The position numbers and the translations under genes are program-made. From Octopus vulgaris (Eukaryota), in the NCBI GenBank assembly GCA_951406725.2, contig OX597814.1:111042001-111106000 (forward strand): a DNA stretch of 64,000 bases, given 5' to 3'. Position 1 is the stretch's first letter, and each line of letters begins with the position of its first letter. Below are positions 1 through 13,205 of this stretch, piece after piece. The notes beneath the pieces were generated by a model. That model saw only the letters and a program-made list of their open reading frames with translations, searched no databases and was not told where the DNA came from.

Positions 1-544
1 AAATATATACAGAGGCAAGTTGTGATTCCATAAGGGTGAGGCTCTGATGTGAAAAAGAGATTAAAGGTGTTTGGGTGTCTGTGTGTCAGTCAAGAATGTG
101 AGCAGATGATGAAACAAAATGGTGTAAAGATTTGAGAATGGACAAGGATTTGGCTTCTGCCCTGGCAGCATTGGCATGCAATGAGTGCAAGAGCCAAGAG
201 GGATTATGAATGTTGCATCAGCATAATAACCCTTCTTGTTTCTGTCAGTCAGTTTAATAGCCTTTCTAATTTTACAATAATCTATCTCTCTAATTTAGGA
301 ACAATTTGAGGTTTATAAATGTTTACTTTATGTAAACTTTGGATCAACAGTGATAGAGATTCTGTTTAGGATTAAACATAAAGAGTCAAGTTAATTATAC
401 TTTCTATCTATCAGAATATATTTAATTAAAATATCCAATTTAAAATATATCTCTTCATTGCCTTTTTTTATGATCTAAAAATAATAAAATTGAAGTTTTT
501 GAAAAAAAGACAGCAAAATAATCTGTACAACGATAACAAATAGC

Positions 545-790
545 AGAAAGAAACCTCTGTGTGCGCATGTGCATGCTTGTTTTGAGATCATGTAATGATT
601 GTAAACCAGCACTATTGTGCTAGAAGCAATGTCATTCATTTCCAGTCTTCTGAGAAAAACATGTCTGGCCAAGGGGAAATATCACTACTTGTAAACAGGT
701 GAGGGTTACACCTCAATAGATTCCATCTGACTCATGCAAGCATGGAAAAGTGGCTGTTAAAATGATGATGATGATGATAATGATGATGCA
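545..790 (+). mobile_element. Decayed SINE 3' portion with RTE-type tail ending in (GAT)n
   Basis: ...aaacaggtgagggtt...catgcaagcatggaaaagtggctgttaaaatgatgatgatg; a related inverted copy lies at ~13280-13400. Confidence 0.55.
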
Positions 791-1726
791 GTGTTTGGAC
801 ACAAAGACAGCTAAATCCAAGTTGTTGAGCGATAAGGGATTAAAGTAGTTATTTATTTTATAAGAAAGTAATAGGAAGTGTAACCAACAGGAAATATAGA
901 AGTATCTCAAATAGAATGACAGTAAATCAATTCTTGAAGAGCTTATAATTACAACCATGCAACTGGCAATGTTGAGTAGCCTAGGCCTAAAAACTATATA
1001 TGGATTGCTGTTATGCTTCATATCAAATAGTAGATTATATGAGCTAGATGACCTATTCTGTGTTGGGGGTCAAGTTATTGTTACTCTAATAATAGGAATT
1101 CGAAGTAGTTGAAAAAAGGTTGCAGATTGATGACAACCATTTCATAAAGATATATTAGATTTTCCTATAAAATGTAACATGATATTAAGACATGATATTG
1201 AATATGAATGAACCCCCTCCTCCACCAGAAAAAAAAAGGAAAAATAATAGTTATTAGAGACAATGATTACTGATTAAAATAGACGACATGAGATCAACAA
1301 ATTGCAGACAATGATAGATAACTTGGCTAGATGAAAGAAAACAATTTGTTTCAGTTAGATATATTACAGATCTAATGATTACCATTCAAATTAACACCAG
1401 TTTTATAAACTGTATTATTTCAATAGTATTAAAATTGAGAATAAAACCAATAATACTGATGAAAGGTAATTTTATATTCTTTAAAAATATTTTAAAGTTT
1501 TTAAACATTATAAATTAGAATGTCTAAAACTAATGATATTAATTGACCTGTTTTATGTGTAGAGTTATAAATTATAACTGCAACATTACAATAATTATTG
1601 CACAGACAAATTCAAATTTTCAGTATACATGCTTAAAAATGTCATTATTATTATTAACAACAAAACTATCATTTAAAAGTTCTACAACAATCAACAAAAT
1701 ATTTTCAAAATATGATATCTCCTTAC

Positions 1727-1987
1727 CAATGCCAAATGGGGATTGAGAAATCTGGCTTTTTGAGCATCAGCCAAGCTTTCAGCATGTTTATGTAGATTAG
1801 CAAATGATGCAGATCTATATACAAAAAGAAAGGGATTTTGAGAATCCATGGCAATTGCTTCAGTATAAAGTCCAACTGCATGATTAAAATTTCCCTTAGA
1901 TATAGCCTCATTGCTTTCTTGAAGTAAAAGTTCCACTTCACTGTTGTTGCTGGTAGAAGAAATACAATGAGGATCAGGACTCTCCAC
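1727..1987 (-). CDS. TTC28: Internal coding exon of a tetratricopeptide repeat protein 28-like gene (N-terminal TPR region)
   Basis: Minus strand: acceptor ttttattttataag|GTG at 1988/1987 and donor TTG|gtaagg at 1727/1726; 261 bp, phase 0/0. Peptide VESPDPH...LLQESNEAISKGNFNHAVGLYTEAIAMDSQNPFLFVYRSASFANLHKHAESLADAQKARFLNPHLAL matches from memory the TTC28 N-terminal TPRs (QSNQACHDGDFHTAIVLYNEALAVDPQNCILYSNRSAAY...ALDDAIKARLLNPKWPK). Confidence 0.85.
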
Positions 1988-3074
1988 CTTATAAAATAAA
2001 AAAATAAAAAAAGAGAGAATGACTTAGAGGAATAATGATATTATTTTTTGCTTAATGGTTGGCAATATAACTTTTAACCAATAATAAATGTCAGTATTTC
2101 AATTTATAAAGCTACTTTTCATTTACCTCTTTAAAAAAAAGTTTTATTGTGCCTCTATTATATAATAAAAAGTGGTCATTTACTGAAATGGATCTGGCAA
2201 TGGCGTATATTAAGAGAGAGATAGAATTACTTAAGTATTTTATGACCTGTCACTTCTTTTCAAACCTTGGTCCAAGTAACTGAAGTGGGTAAATGGAAAA
2301 TATTACACTTTAAGATACTTTAGAAATAATTACATCAATAAATCAATAAAAATTCTGATAAAAAATGAACAGCAGCTTATACTTCAAGTGAATAGAAATA
2401 GAAGAGGACAAGCCTAGCCAGCTGAAGTGAATATATTTTACTGTGGAGATCTTACAAGACAGAAACATGTTCAATACTTTCACCAGTTGGCTTTAAAGAC
2501 AAAATCCATTCCAAATATCTTTATTTCAAAATATTTGGAGTAAATCATTGAATGCATGTCACCTAATTGTTTTTAGATTTTAATAAACACTAGAGGAAGA
2601 CTTTATTTTCTAATTGCAAGTAACCCTTCAGATAATTGAAATTTCTCAATTCACATATGTGAGACTGCCATGTGCGTGCATCCGTGTAGGTAAGTGAGTG
2701 TGTGTGTGTGTGATCTAAGAATCCATAAGCCAGGAAAAACAGCACTAGTATATTTGTCAATAGAGTGGATATATAACTCTTTATATTATACAGTATTATA
2801 GATCCATTTCAGCCAATTTTACCAACTGGTTTCACATAGAAATTAAGTAATAGCTTAAGACAGTGTTCATCAGAGAGGTTGGCTTGGAAAATATGTGTGT
2901 ATTATATAAAGCAATTAAGAATATGAAGATTGGGAAAGTCCCAGGTTCATAAGAAATTACCTCTAAATGCTTAAAATATCTGACAAAGTAGGATATGGCC
3001 TTGTCACTGGTAAATTTAATCAGGTTGGACAAGACGGTATCATATTCAATGACTGGTGTAGCAGCATCATAGTC

Positions 3075-3760
3075 AACAGTTACAAAGGTAAAGGAGATGC
3101 CTTAGAAATAATTACAGAGGTATCAAATTACTGGACCAGATTATGAAAGTCACTGGAAGAGTCCATAGCCCAATTAATTAAGGAGAGAATTAACCTAGAT
3201 GAGATGCAGTTTCGTTTTGCATCAGGAAAAGCACTACTGATGCTCTCTTTATAGTTTGCCAATTGCAGGACAAGTATTTAGCAAAAAGCATTTGTTAACC
3301 TGGAAAAAAAAAAACCTTTGAAAGGGTACCTTGCTCCATCATCTGATGATTGATATGGAATGTAGGAGTAAAGGAATGGCTAGTGAAAGCCATTCAAGCC
3401 ATGTACAGGAATGTTGTCAGCAAAGTGAGAGTTAATAAGGTATACAGTAATGAATTTAGTACACAAGTAGGAGTACATCAGGGTTCAGTTATCAGTCCCC
3501 TCTAATTTATCCTGGTCTTCCAAGAAAACTCTAAAACTGGCTGCCCATGAGAACTCTTCTATGCTGATGACCTTATTCTAATATTAGAATTAGAAATGAA
3601 ATTCCAGGTGTGGAAGCAAAATGTGGAATCAAAGAGTCTTGAAGTTAACTTAGCAAATACCAAACATCTAGTTAACAGAAAAAGACAGGATACTAATTCC
3701 TTCAGTTAAACAGCTCTGTTCTATATGTAGACATGTTGTAGGTAGAGATTCTTAATCTTC
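3075..3760 (+). mobile_element. Decayed RTE-clade LINE, reverse transcriptase fragment
   Basis: Pieces translate as RERINLDEMQFRF..STTDALFIVCQLQDKYL, VGVHQGSVISPL*F and ELFYADDLI, with stops and frameshifts. Confidence 0.85.
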
Positions 3761-4237
3761 ATGTGACTCCATAAGGTTAACAAAGTAGAATTTGTTTGTG
3801 ACAGATGAGCAAGAACAATAAATAATAACAGCACATAATAAGACCTGAGTGCAGGTTGCTTGAGATCAGCCAGGGCTGAGGAGTAGAGGTTATTGTCATA
3901 GCAGTAGAAAAGACAGAATGGAAATATAGCATGTCTGATTTGCAGTTGTTGGAGAAATGTCAACTGCATTAACATCTGAGGACCTGTGAAGGCTATGAGC
4001 ACAACCCCTTTCTTAAGGTCGGTCCAATAAAAAAAATGAATTGAACTGAAATTTTAGATATATTTATAAGCAACACAGGTAAATCTATGCATAACTACAA
4101 CATTCTGAGAAAGTGTTTTATTTTTAACAGGGTAAATCATGAAAGTAAAGCAGGAAATATATTACAATATTTTGCCATAACTTTCAATAACTCCTCTTAA
4201 ATATTAAACTACCAGTTTGAAAATATTGTAGTTCCAA

Positions 4238-4437
4238 GCAGTGAGTTGACAGAACTGTTAGTATGCCAGGCAAAATGCTTGGCAGCATTTCAGTCATCTT
4301 TATGTTCTAAGTTCAAATTTTGTCAAGGTTGACTTTGCCTTTGATCTTTTCTGGCCAAGTTCTAGGGTCAGTGTAAACAAGTAGCCCCTCCCCACAAAAA
4401 ATGTCAGGTCTTGGGCCTATTGTAGAAAGGATTATTA
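4238..4437 (+). mobile_element. tRNA-derived SINE family B copy
   Basis: gcagtgagttgacagaactgttag...gttcaaatt...aaggttgactttgccttt...; same family as copies near 13000, 17183, 17405, 48410, 49795, 56573, 56795 and 61475. Confidence 0.7.
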
Positions 4438-4780
4438 TGTCTCCTCATATAGCATTATTGTAATAACCCATTTAGGCATCAAGGATAAATCTATCAATTG
4501 TGTTAATACAATAAATATATCGTGAAAATTCTGTAATTCCTTAAAAACAAATAACAAAACTACTACCATATTAAAATAGCTTAAAACATCTTTTGAACTA
4601 AAATGTAGAACGAACTACAGACCTAAAATAAGTTGAAATTATGATTTTTCAATTGTCAGATGTATATGCACACACACACACTTCCTTGGTTTTAATTCCA
4701 AAATTATGAGCTGAGAAATACCATATTTGATAGCGTAAAAGATGCACAAGCATATTGAAGCACCCTAATTTCAGCAGTAC

Positions 4781-7085
4781 ATCATCATCGTTTAATGTCT
4801 GTCTTCCATGCTGGCATGGGTGGGACGGTTTGAGAAGAGCCAACCAGGCAGAAGCCAGCACCAGACTTCTGTAACTGTTTTGGTAAGATTTTTATAGCTA
4901 GATGCCCTTCCTAACACCAACTGCACAGCAGAGTGTCTTAGTGCTTTTTACATGACACAAGCACATGTGAGGTCAGTTTTGGCAAGGTTTTTACAGCTGG
5001 ATGCCCTTTCAAATGCCAACCACTTTACAGTGTGGACTGAGTGTTTTTAAGTGGCATCTGCACTGACAGGGACACCAAGTACTTGCAAGACAAAAAAAAT
5101 AAACTCTTTTGAGAGGGGAGGAAGCATGGAAGGAGGTGATCTTGTGTCAGGTGATGAAAGGTTATAATGTGGCAGAGAGACAGAAACAGGCGTCTTGCTG
5201 TAGATGTGGTACAAGGTTACTTGGCAGGAGAGAGAAAGATCAGCAATGAAGACAGAAACAGGTGCGCTACCGCAAAGGAAATACATGGTTACCTAACCTA
5301 ATGGAAGTGCAGGAGAAGGAGAAAGAGAGTAGGAGACAGCAGGATAGAGATGGTGGCAAGTGCCATGGCATACCCTTGAAGTTTGAAATGCCATAATATA
5401 AGTGGTAGAATATTGTGAAGGAGGCGTGATTAAAGAGTGTGGAGGCAGAGAGTGATTGGCAAAAACCTGAGTATATATAGAGTACGGTGGGGAGGGGGAG
5501 CACCAGATAGCAATGATACAGAGGAACAGAGCCATGAGGACAGGACTGGCAAGTGAGAGCTAGGCATAGTGTATGAAGAAGGAAATGTGAGGTAGAGATG
5601 TAGATTGGTTTATTGAGGTAGGGTGTGTGAAAAGTTTTGTTCTGTGTGGGTGGAACACACAGGTTGGAAGCTAGCAGAGAGCAATGATACAGTGGCATGG
5701 GGCCAAGAGGACAGGATTGGCGAGTGGGAGGTAAGCTTAGTGCATGAAGTGGAAATGTGAGGAAGAGAAGAGATGTTGTTTGGTTTGTTGTGGTGGATTG
5801 TGAGAGTAATTTTCTTGTTAAGTGTGGGTGGGACACACAGCACTTCTAGAACTCAGTTTTGCTGACATGAATGGATCTTCTCAAGAACTTCATATCGCCA
5901 AACATCTTGGTCCATTGTCATTTCCTCCATGAGGCCAACATCCTGAGATCGGTCCTTACCACTTCATCCCACATCTTCCTGGGTCTCCCTCTTCCACTGA
6001 TACCATCCACTTTCAGTGATCAGCACTTCTTTATACAGCTGTCCTCATTCATACACATCACATGTCTAAACCAACACAGTTTTCTCTCTTGCTTACTTGC
6101 TACATTTGATTCCTCTTATGCCCAACTTTTCTCTCAATACATTTGCACTTTGTCATACATGCACACTGATGTTGTACATCCAACAGAGCACACTACCTTC
6201 ACTTCTCTCCAGTCTATGCATGTCTTCTGCATTCAGAGCCCCATGTCTCACCACTATGAAGTATAGCCATTCGCACACAAGCATCATTTAGTCTACCTTT
6301 CACTCTGAGAGAGCGCCTTTTGTTGCCAATAGAGATAATAGCTCTTTGAACTTCCTCCACCCAATTCTTATTCTGGAAACAATACTTTCAGAACATATCT
6401 CACCACTGCTAATTTGGTCACCTAAGTAACAGAAAAACTATCTACAACCTCAAGAGAGCCTCCTGGGAATTTGAGAGAATCTAAGTCCTGTGTGTTCTTA
6501 GTGCTTATTGTTCCTGCTCATCTACCACATACAAAGACAACTTTATCTGTTAATCTACCTGTGATTCGACTGCACCTCTTATGTATCTATAGTTTACACA
6601 GGGTGCAGTGAATGGAATTTCTTTCAAATCCTTTCCTACATATTGAGCAGGGCCATTTACCTGATAGAGAGTTTTATCTTCTTTCTTACTAACAACAATT
6701 TTGATCTTTGCTAGGTTAACTTTAAGGCCCTTTGATTCCAGATTTTGTTTCCATAACTGGAATTTCTTCTCCAATTTTGCTAAAGATTCTACAATAAGAG
6801 CAAGGTCATCAGCAAATAGCAGTTCTCACAGGTACCCAGTTTTGAATTCCTCTGTTATAGCCTGGAGAACTATAATGAATAAGAGTGGGCTGAGAACTAA
6901 GCCTTGGTGAACCCCTACCTGTACACTAAATTCATTACTGTATTCATGGCCAACTCTCACCTTACTGACAGCACCACCATACATGGCTTGTACAGCTCTA
7001 ACAAATTACTCCTCTACTCCTAACTTCCTTAGAGACCACCATATAACAGAGCAGGGAACTCTTTGACCAAGTACTTTTCCTGCAG
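4781..7085 (-). mobile_element. Decayed RTE LINE: RT remnant, C-terminus, long 3' UTR and (GAT)n tail
   Basis: Minus-strand VGVHQG (~6900-6920), ELLFADDL (~6800-6825) and MEKKFQLWKQNLESKGLKVNLAK (ORF 6550-6774). The 3' UTR has a ~170-bp internal duplication (5508-5835). Terminus reads atcatcatcgtttaatgtctgtcttccatgctggcatggg on the plus strand. Confidence 0.8.
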
Positions 7086-9261
7086 TTAGAAGGCAGTTAG
7101 ACAAGGAGAAGAACAACTGAGAACCATTATTGTCTATGAAGAGGTGAAGGTTAAGGGAGACAACCTTGACAGTAAGTCAGGTGGGAAGAGAATTCAGGGA
7201 CCACAGGCCCTTTTCATCTTGAACAGAGTGCATAGGAAAACTGAACAGACCTAAAATCCTAAAATCAGAAATATCGCCACTAAATTAGCTGCAGCCTGAA
7301 ACCAGGTGTGGACAGGAGAGGTGGTTGTGTTTCAGGTTTTTAACCCTCAACCATGATGATGGGAATATTCATTCAATACTAAAGGTTTTGCCATGTTGAA
7401 CTCATTATGCTCAATACTCTTTTCTCTAACCCAGCAGCTTCCAACCATTTATCACTGCAACCTATTTGACAAATCCATAAATGTCCGCAGATTTTCCGAG
7501 AGAGACACTTTTCAAAACTCAAAGAATTTGTCTTCATGACCTTTTTACAGAATTATACCATGACCCATAGTTTGAGAATCATTGCTCCAACCATTTTTGA
7601 AGTTTATTCACATGTTTAAAACAGTTTAAACATTAGCCTCTTTTTTAAAAAGAACTACAAAGACCTTTGAAAGAGTGGGCCAGAATAAACAAGTCAAAAG
7701 GTCACCATGGTCAAGACTAAGGTTCTACTCGGTAGTACAAGGGTTATATAACTCCTCCCAAGTGGAGTAGGAACCTCAAACTGAAAAATCGACTGGGAAA
7801 CAAATAGGTTTTTCAGGTGCACTTCATTAGCAAGCAGAATCAACATGACTACTTACATAGATGACTAGTGATAGTAGGCAGTACCATGTGTCTCCTATTT
7901 GATATAATTTGTATTAAAAGTAGAACTAGTGATAGCAGATAGCCTAAGAGTTTGAGGAAGTGGAAGAAGTTGAAGAAAATGAGGTTTGTTGTCAACAATA
8001 TATTTTCATAAATAAGCACTATGAAGTATATATCGTTATTATCGCTTTATGCCCATTTTTCCATGCTGGTATGAGTTAGACAAGTATCACAGCATTTCCT
8101 CATGGTGCCAGTGCATTTTGTTAAGCAACTAGTATTAAAGATGATGCTTATGGTAGGACTAGAGTCCTATTTAGCCTGTACCAGTTGTCTTATAAATTGG
8201 TGAGGGCTCTTCTAGACGGAGTACCTGCACCATAGCTTGTGGGGTCTACATCTTCATTTATTACTATTTTGGAGTATTGATATTTTATAGCTACTTACTC
8301 TTTTCATCACCAACCACTTTACAGATAAAACACTGGGTGTTTTATCATGAACAGTAAATGAAGGAAATTAAGAGCAAGCACAAAGAATGAGGTAAATATG
8401 ATGGGATACATGTAAAATGTCAATCCAATAAAACATGGTGTTTTATTGGATTTGATATAGAAATAATGAAGTAGGAGAGATAACTACATTGGTATACACA
8501 CATAAAAGTGCATAGAATACACACACACATGCTTACACACAAATGTGTTCAAAAGTGTTGTGCTGTTGCAGATTTATTTAACCCACACTAGTATGAGAAA
8601 ATACATATTAAACTAAATTCATCAACTAAGTATGGTTTACAGGTGAATTGATAGATGGACAGGTATTATAGAAAATCATGAATAAATTTGAGTTGACAAG
8701 CAGTAAAAAACTTATTAAAAGTATATCCTTTTGTCACCAAAGTCATTGTTAGGTATAATTGCATACATTTCATTGAATTATTATTAAAATATGACAAGCA
8801 TAAAGGAAACAGTATTTCTCAAGTGAAGAAGAAAATTATAGGAAATTTCATTGACTGAATGCATTCATTCAAATGTTGACTACAATGACATATTTATTTG
8901 AATCTTGAAGAGGTGGCCGTAAGACACTGATGTACTGTATTTACAAATAAAATTCATCAAAGCAAGGAATTATAGGTGAAAAAGTCACTTAAGTTTATAT
9001 TGATAGTTATCTATTACTGAAACTTATGATGATAATTTTTTTTAAATAGATATACAATTAACATGTATGACTGAACAAATTTTGTTACCAAACATAGAGC
9101 CATCCTAAGTATTCTGGGTTAGATCATAATAAAGTTACATAATTGTTTTCGTAAAAAGACTAGCAGAAACACCATCCTCCATGCAGTTTTCTGCTAGTAT
9201 TTGTTGATGTGATAAATCCTAATGTGGAAACAAATAGTGCAGCATGTGTATTGTATTGCAA

Positions 9262-9607
9262 TCATCATCATCAAGTGTTTTAAATCCGGGTTTTGTCCCT
9301 GTTAACAGGGGTGGCCAGATCTACCTCAATGCCATAGCAACTACTCTCACACCATCTCGCCCAGTTTTGGGTATCCTCCTTTTTCAAACTAACACTCCCA
9401 ATCTCCTCCTACACCCTTTCCTCAGTCTACCTCGCTTTCATGCTCCATTTACCTCAAATGCAATCACCCTCCTCAGAACATGCTCTTCATCCCTCCTCAA
9501 CACATGCCCATACCACCTCACTCCATTCGCCCTTGCCAACCATTCCACTGATTCCTCCAACCCCAGCATTCCCACCAAATCCTCAGTCCTCCTCTTATCA
9601 AACAACT
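9262..9607 (-). mobile_element. 5'-truncated RTE-like LINE 3' end
   Basis: Starts atcatcatcatca (tail on minus strand); pyrimidine-rich body resembles an RTE C-terminus (minus strand reads ..GVRWYGHVLRRDEEHVLRR..). Confidence 0.6.
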
Positions 9608-9849
9608 TAATATATATTAAATGAAATCAATATATTACTTAATAAACACAAAGCTGACAATTCAGGTACAGAAACTAACCCAAGGCTTTCATTATTCAAA
9701 GGACCATGATTTTCACATTTGTGTGTAACCAAATAAAACTTGAAATAAAGAAATTCAATGTAATTTTTATAATAAATAGATATAATGTAAAAATTCTCAC
9801 AAATATTCTCAAAATATCTCAACGGAAACCTTTGCAATCCCATGATTTT

Positions 9850-10290
9850 AAAGAAAATAATTGGAGAGAGAGAGAATTGCAAAGAAAGAAACTGAGGCTA
9901 AGAGTGAGAGAGGAAATGTTATAAGGATAGACAAAGAGAAAGACTAGTCATAGTAGAGGCAGTAAACAAAGAAATGGAAAGAGAGAGAGAGAAGGGAGTA
10001 AGACATTAAAAAAATGCTATAAAGAGGATGAATGAAAGAAGAAAAGTTATAAGATTAGAGAGAGTGAAAGACAGAGAGGAGTAGAGGTGGTAAACAAAAA
10101 GAAAAACTTTGTAATCATGTATTTATAATGAAAACAAATCAACAGAGGAAGTTGAGAGAGTGTGTTGTAAGGAAAAAACTGTGGATAAGAGTAAAAGAAG
10201 CAAAGAAAAATTATAAGGATAGAGAAAGACAGGGGAATAGAAGCAATAAAACAAAAAGAAATGGAGAGAGAAGGGAGTAAGGCATAAAAA
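9850..10290. repeat. Diverged purine-rich tandem/low-complexity repeat
   Basis: Recurring ttataaggatag..agagaaagac..gtagaggc..aaacaaa..gagaagggagtaag blocks. Confidence 0.55.
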
Positions 10291-10726
10291 AATGTTATCT
10301 CACAGAGTAAGATTTTATCTTGTAGAAAACTTAATCATTTAGCTGAAATTCTCAATAATAAAACAATTTTGAAAACCACATTTTGATAAAACTATATGAA
10401 AATTAGAATTTTCAAGAATTTTCTACACAGTGTAGACTTTAATAATTGCTTTCTTTTAGTAAAAAGTTACTCTTTTACTGCAGAAAGCAGATATAACCAA
10501 AGTTTCATTACTCTTAACTGCAGAAAGCAGTTTTACCTAGCAATCTATCCTTATTGAAGAATGTCATGTTTGAAACTATTTTCTGTTGAGGTATGTCAAG
10601 TTTACTGAGGCAATGTGACTTTCAGCAAATACCAATTCTATTTTTGGTAGATATTTAACATCATTACTGGAATAATGATGAAATTTAATTTTGCAATGAA
10701 GTGGTTAATAAGCAAATTTGTTCATA

Positions 10727-11201
10727 CAGTTCTATATTTAAACGATGAGGAATTATGTACATTATTTACATTTGATGGATAGTTGTCCTCATCTTGTTTG
10801 TTGTTAACACATTTCAGCTGATATACCCTCCAGCCTTCATCAGGTGTCTTGGGGAAATTTCAAACTTGCGTTCTCCTTCCTAAGGTATTTTTCGATATTA
10901 TATTATTATTATTCAGGTCACTGTTTGGAATCGAACTTGGAATCTTGGGGTTAGTAGCCTGCGCTCTTAACCACTACGCCATATGCTCATGGGTTATTAG
11001 CCCCAAGATTTGGAGTTTTATTCCAAGCAGTGACCTGAATAATAATAATAATAATAATAATATCGCAAAACACCTTAGGAATGAGAACCCATGTTCGAAA
11101 TTTTCCCAAGACACTTGATGAAGGCTGGAGGGTATATCAACCGAAACATTGTGTTAACAGCAAACAAGATGAGGACAAATATCCGTCAAATGTAAATAAT
11201 A
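10727..11201. mobile_element. Palindromic tRNA-head/hammerhead element, copy 1
   Basis: Inverted arms span 10761-11200. tRNA-like A/B boxes on the minus strand at ~10925-10986. Hammerhead cores at ~10805-10848 (minus) and ~11110-11155 (plus). Flanked by a 14-bp direct repeat caaatttgtt(c/t)ata at 10713-10726 and 11202-11215. Confidence 0.85.
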
Positions 11202-12194
11202 CAAATTTGTTTATAGTATAGATGGTTGAAAATATAATTTTTAAAAAGACTGGAGACTATTTTTAATTAAGGCAAATACTAAATCAAATAAGCTAAATTT
11301 AATTATATTAGAAAGAAAATTCATGTGTTTTGTTTTGTATGTAAGTAATTTGACATAAACAGAATTCCTCAGGACTTATCTTTGTTTCCATCAAACATTA
11401 TTTAAGCTATATATTCTATTAATAATGCCTAGAAGTCCTAAGGATTTCTTCAGTCTTTTCTTTAAAGCTGCATTTTCTTAATATTGCTAATTTGATTGAG
11501 AGAGATTACCAGGGGTACATTCTGGGTATTAAATACAAATGCAGTTGGGTTTTACATATGTAATATAGTGAGTTTAAAAATTTGGATTAACTAAGATTAC
11601 TTCTACAGTCTGTAGACAAAAAGTACTTCTAAGGGTGATTAAAATCCAAAAATCAACAATCAAGGGAGATAACTACAATAAGACCAGTCAACTGAACTTT
11701 CTAGAAAATATACATAATACAGATACAAGATGATTTTGTCTTCAAAGCCTATAGATGGAAACAACCTACATGTTTTGGTCCTATATTTCCTCAATGAAGC
11801 ATCACCTTCTCTCCACCCACCCTATCTTCTATTTGCTGTGTTATTCTATAATATTAATTAAAGGCAGAATCCATAATTACATACCATCACTGTTTCTGTA
11901 CTGTTACTCATCAACACACCCCCTTCTTCCTACAGCGACATACTACTGACTCACCATTTCCACTCATATTTACCATCAACCATCGGCACTTCTATTACTC
12001 TCCCTTAATCCATCACTGCCTACTCTTTTGCAACCTTCATCTACCCTTCTTGATTCATTTGTCATCACCCTCTCTTCTAATCACATTTTTGAACATGTTA
12101 CCTAATGAGTACAACTATATCAGAGTAGTAAAAATTCTTTAGATTTACGATACATGACCATCTCACTAATGCCAGTTTTATAATAAAACATATC

Positions 12195-12548
12195 CAGTGG
12201 CAGACTGGCCAGGTTGCCAGCTTACCCAATGAAAAGTAGGCTTCTGCACCATTAGAGTCCATATATGGGGGCCTATGTTAGTATCTAAGGGGCCCATCTC
12301 CTCAAGTTTGAGAATTTTTATTCACTCCTGGAAGAATGCATTAGTTAATTCAGCCTGGCTGTGTTTGCAGACAGTTGAAAATAATACTTTTAACAAACAA
12401 AAATAAATAAATGATAGCATTATAGTCGCAGGTGGGCCCCTTTAGAGTTGTGGATGGGCCCCCTTGTAGTTGCGCGTGGGCCCCCTTGTTACAGATGAGC
12501 CCCCTTAGTTTCCTGGCAACCAATATTTTTAGACCCAGTCTGCCACTC
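12195..12548. mobile_element. MITE / non-autonomous DNA transposon (hAT-like)
   Basis: TIRs agtggcagactgg ... ccagtctgccact, internal gggcccc motifs, flanking direct repeat catatcc(a). Confidence 0.6.
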
Positions 12549-12967
12549 CATATCCATAGCAAATGAATGGAGAGGTAGCAACTTTTCCAGTGCTGGTATC
12601 ATGATAAAATGCTGCAAGTATGTTCTGCAGAATAATTTATGAAAGAAGGGCATTCAGCCATGCCAAATATGAAACATATGAGCTAGACATGATTTTCCAA
12701 CCCATTTAAGAGGGTAGTAACTACAAATAAGAACTGAATTGGACCCAAGCCAGCATGAAAAGCAGAAAGGTGATGATGATATGAATGCAGTAACACTGAT
12801 TATGAATATCAACAATATGACTAAAAGAATATCTCCCTGAGGTACGTTCTATACACTAACTTTGTTGAGAACATCTAATAAGTATATTCTACTCAGTTGG
12901 CAAGTCCTGCATGTTAAATTTATTTTTAATATTATTTTTGACAAGCATTATATCATCTATAAATCTA

Positions 12968-12998
<31 letters not shown>

Positions 12999-12999
12999 A

Positions 13000-13205
13000 T
13001 GGGTTTCAAATTTTGGCACAAACCAGCAATTTTGTGGAAAGGAGCAAGTCAATTACATCAACCCCAGTGCTCAACTAGTACATATTATATCGACCCCAGA
13101 AGGTAAATTTGACCTCAATGGAACTTGAACTCATAACAGAATGATGGATAAAATGTTCCTAAGCATTTTGCCTGGCATGGTAATGATTCTGCAAGCTTGC
13201 TGCCT
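13000..13205 (-). mobile_element. SINE family B copy
   Basis: Reverse complement of the family B core (cgaccccagaaggtaaatttgacctc...gaactc...aagcattttgcctggcatg). Confidence 0.65.
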
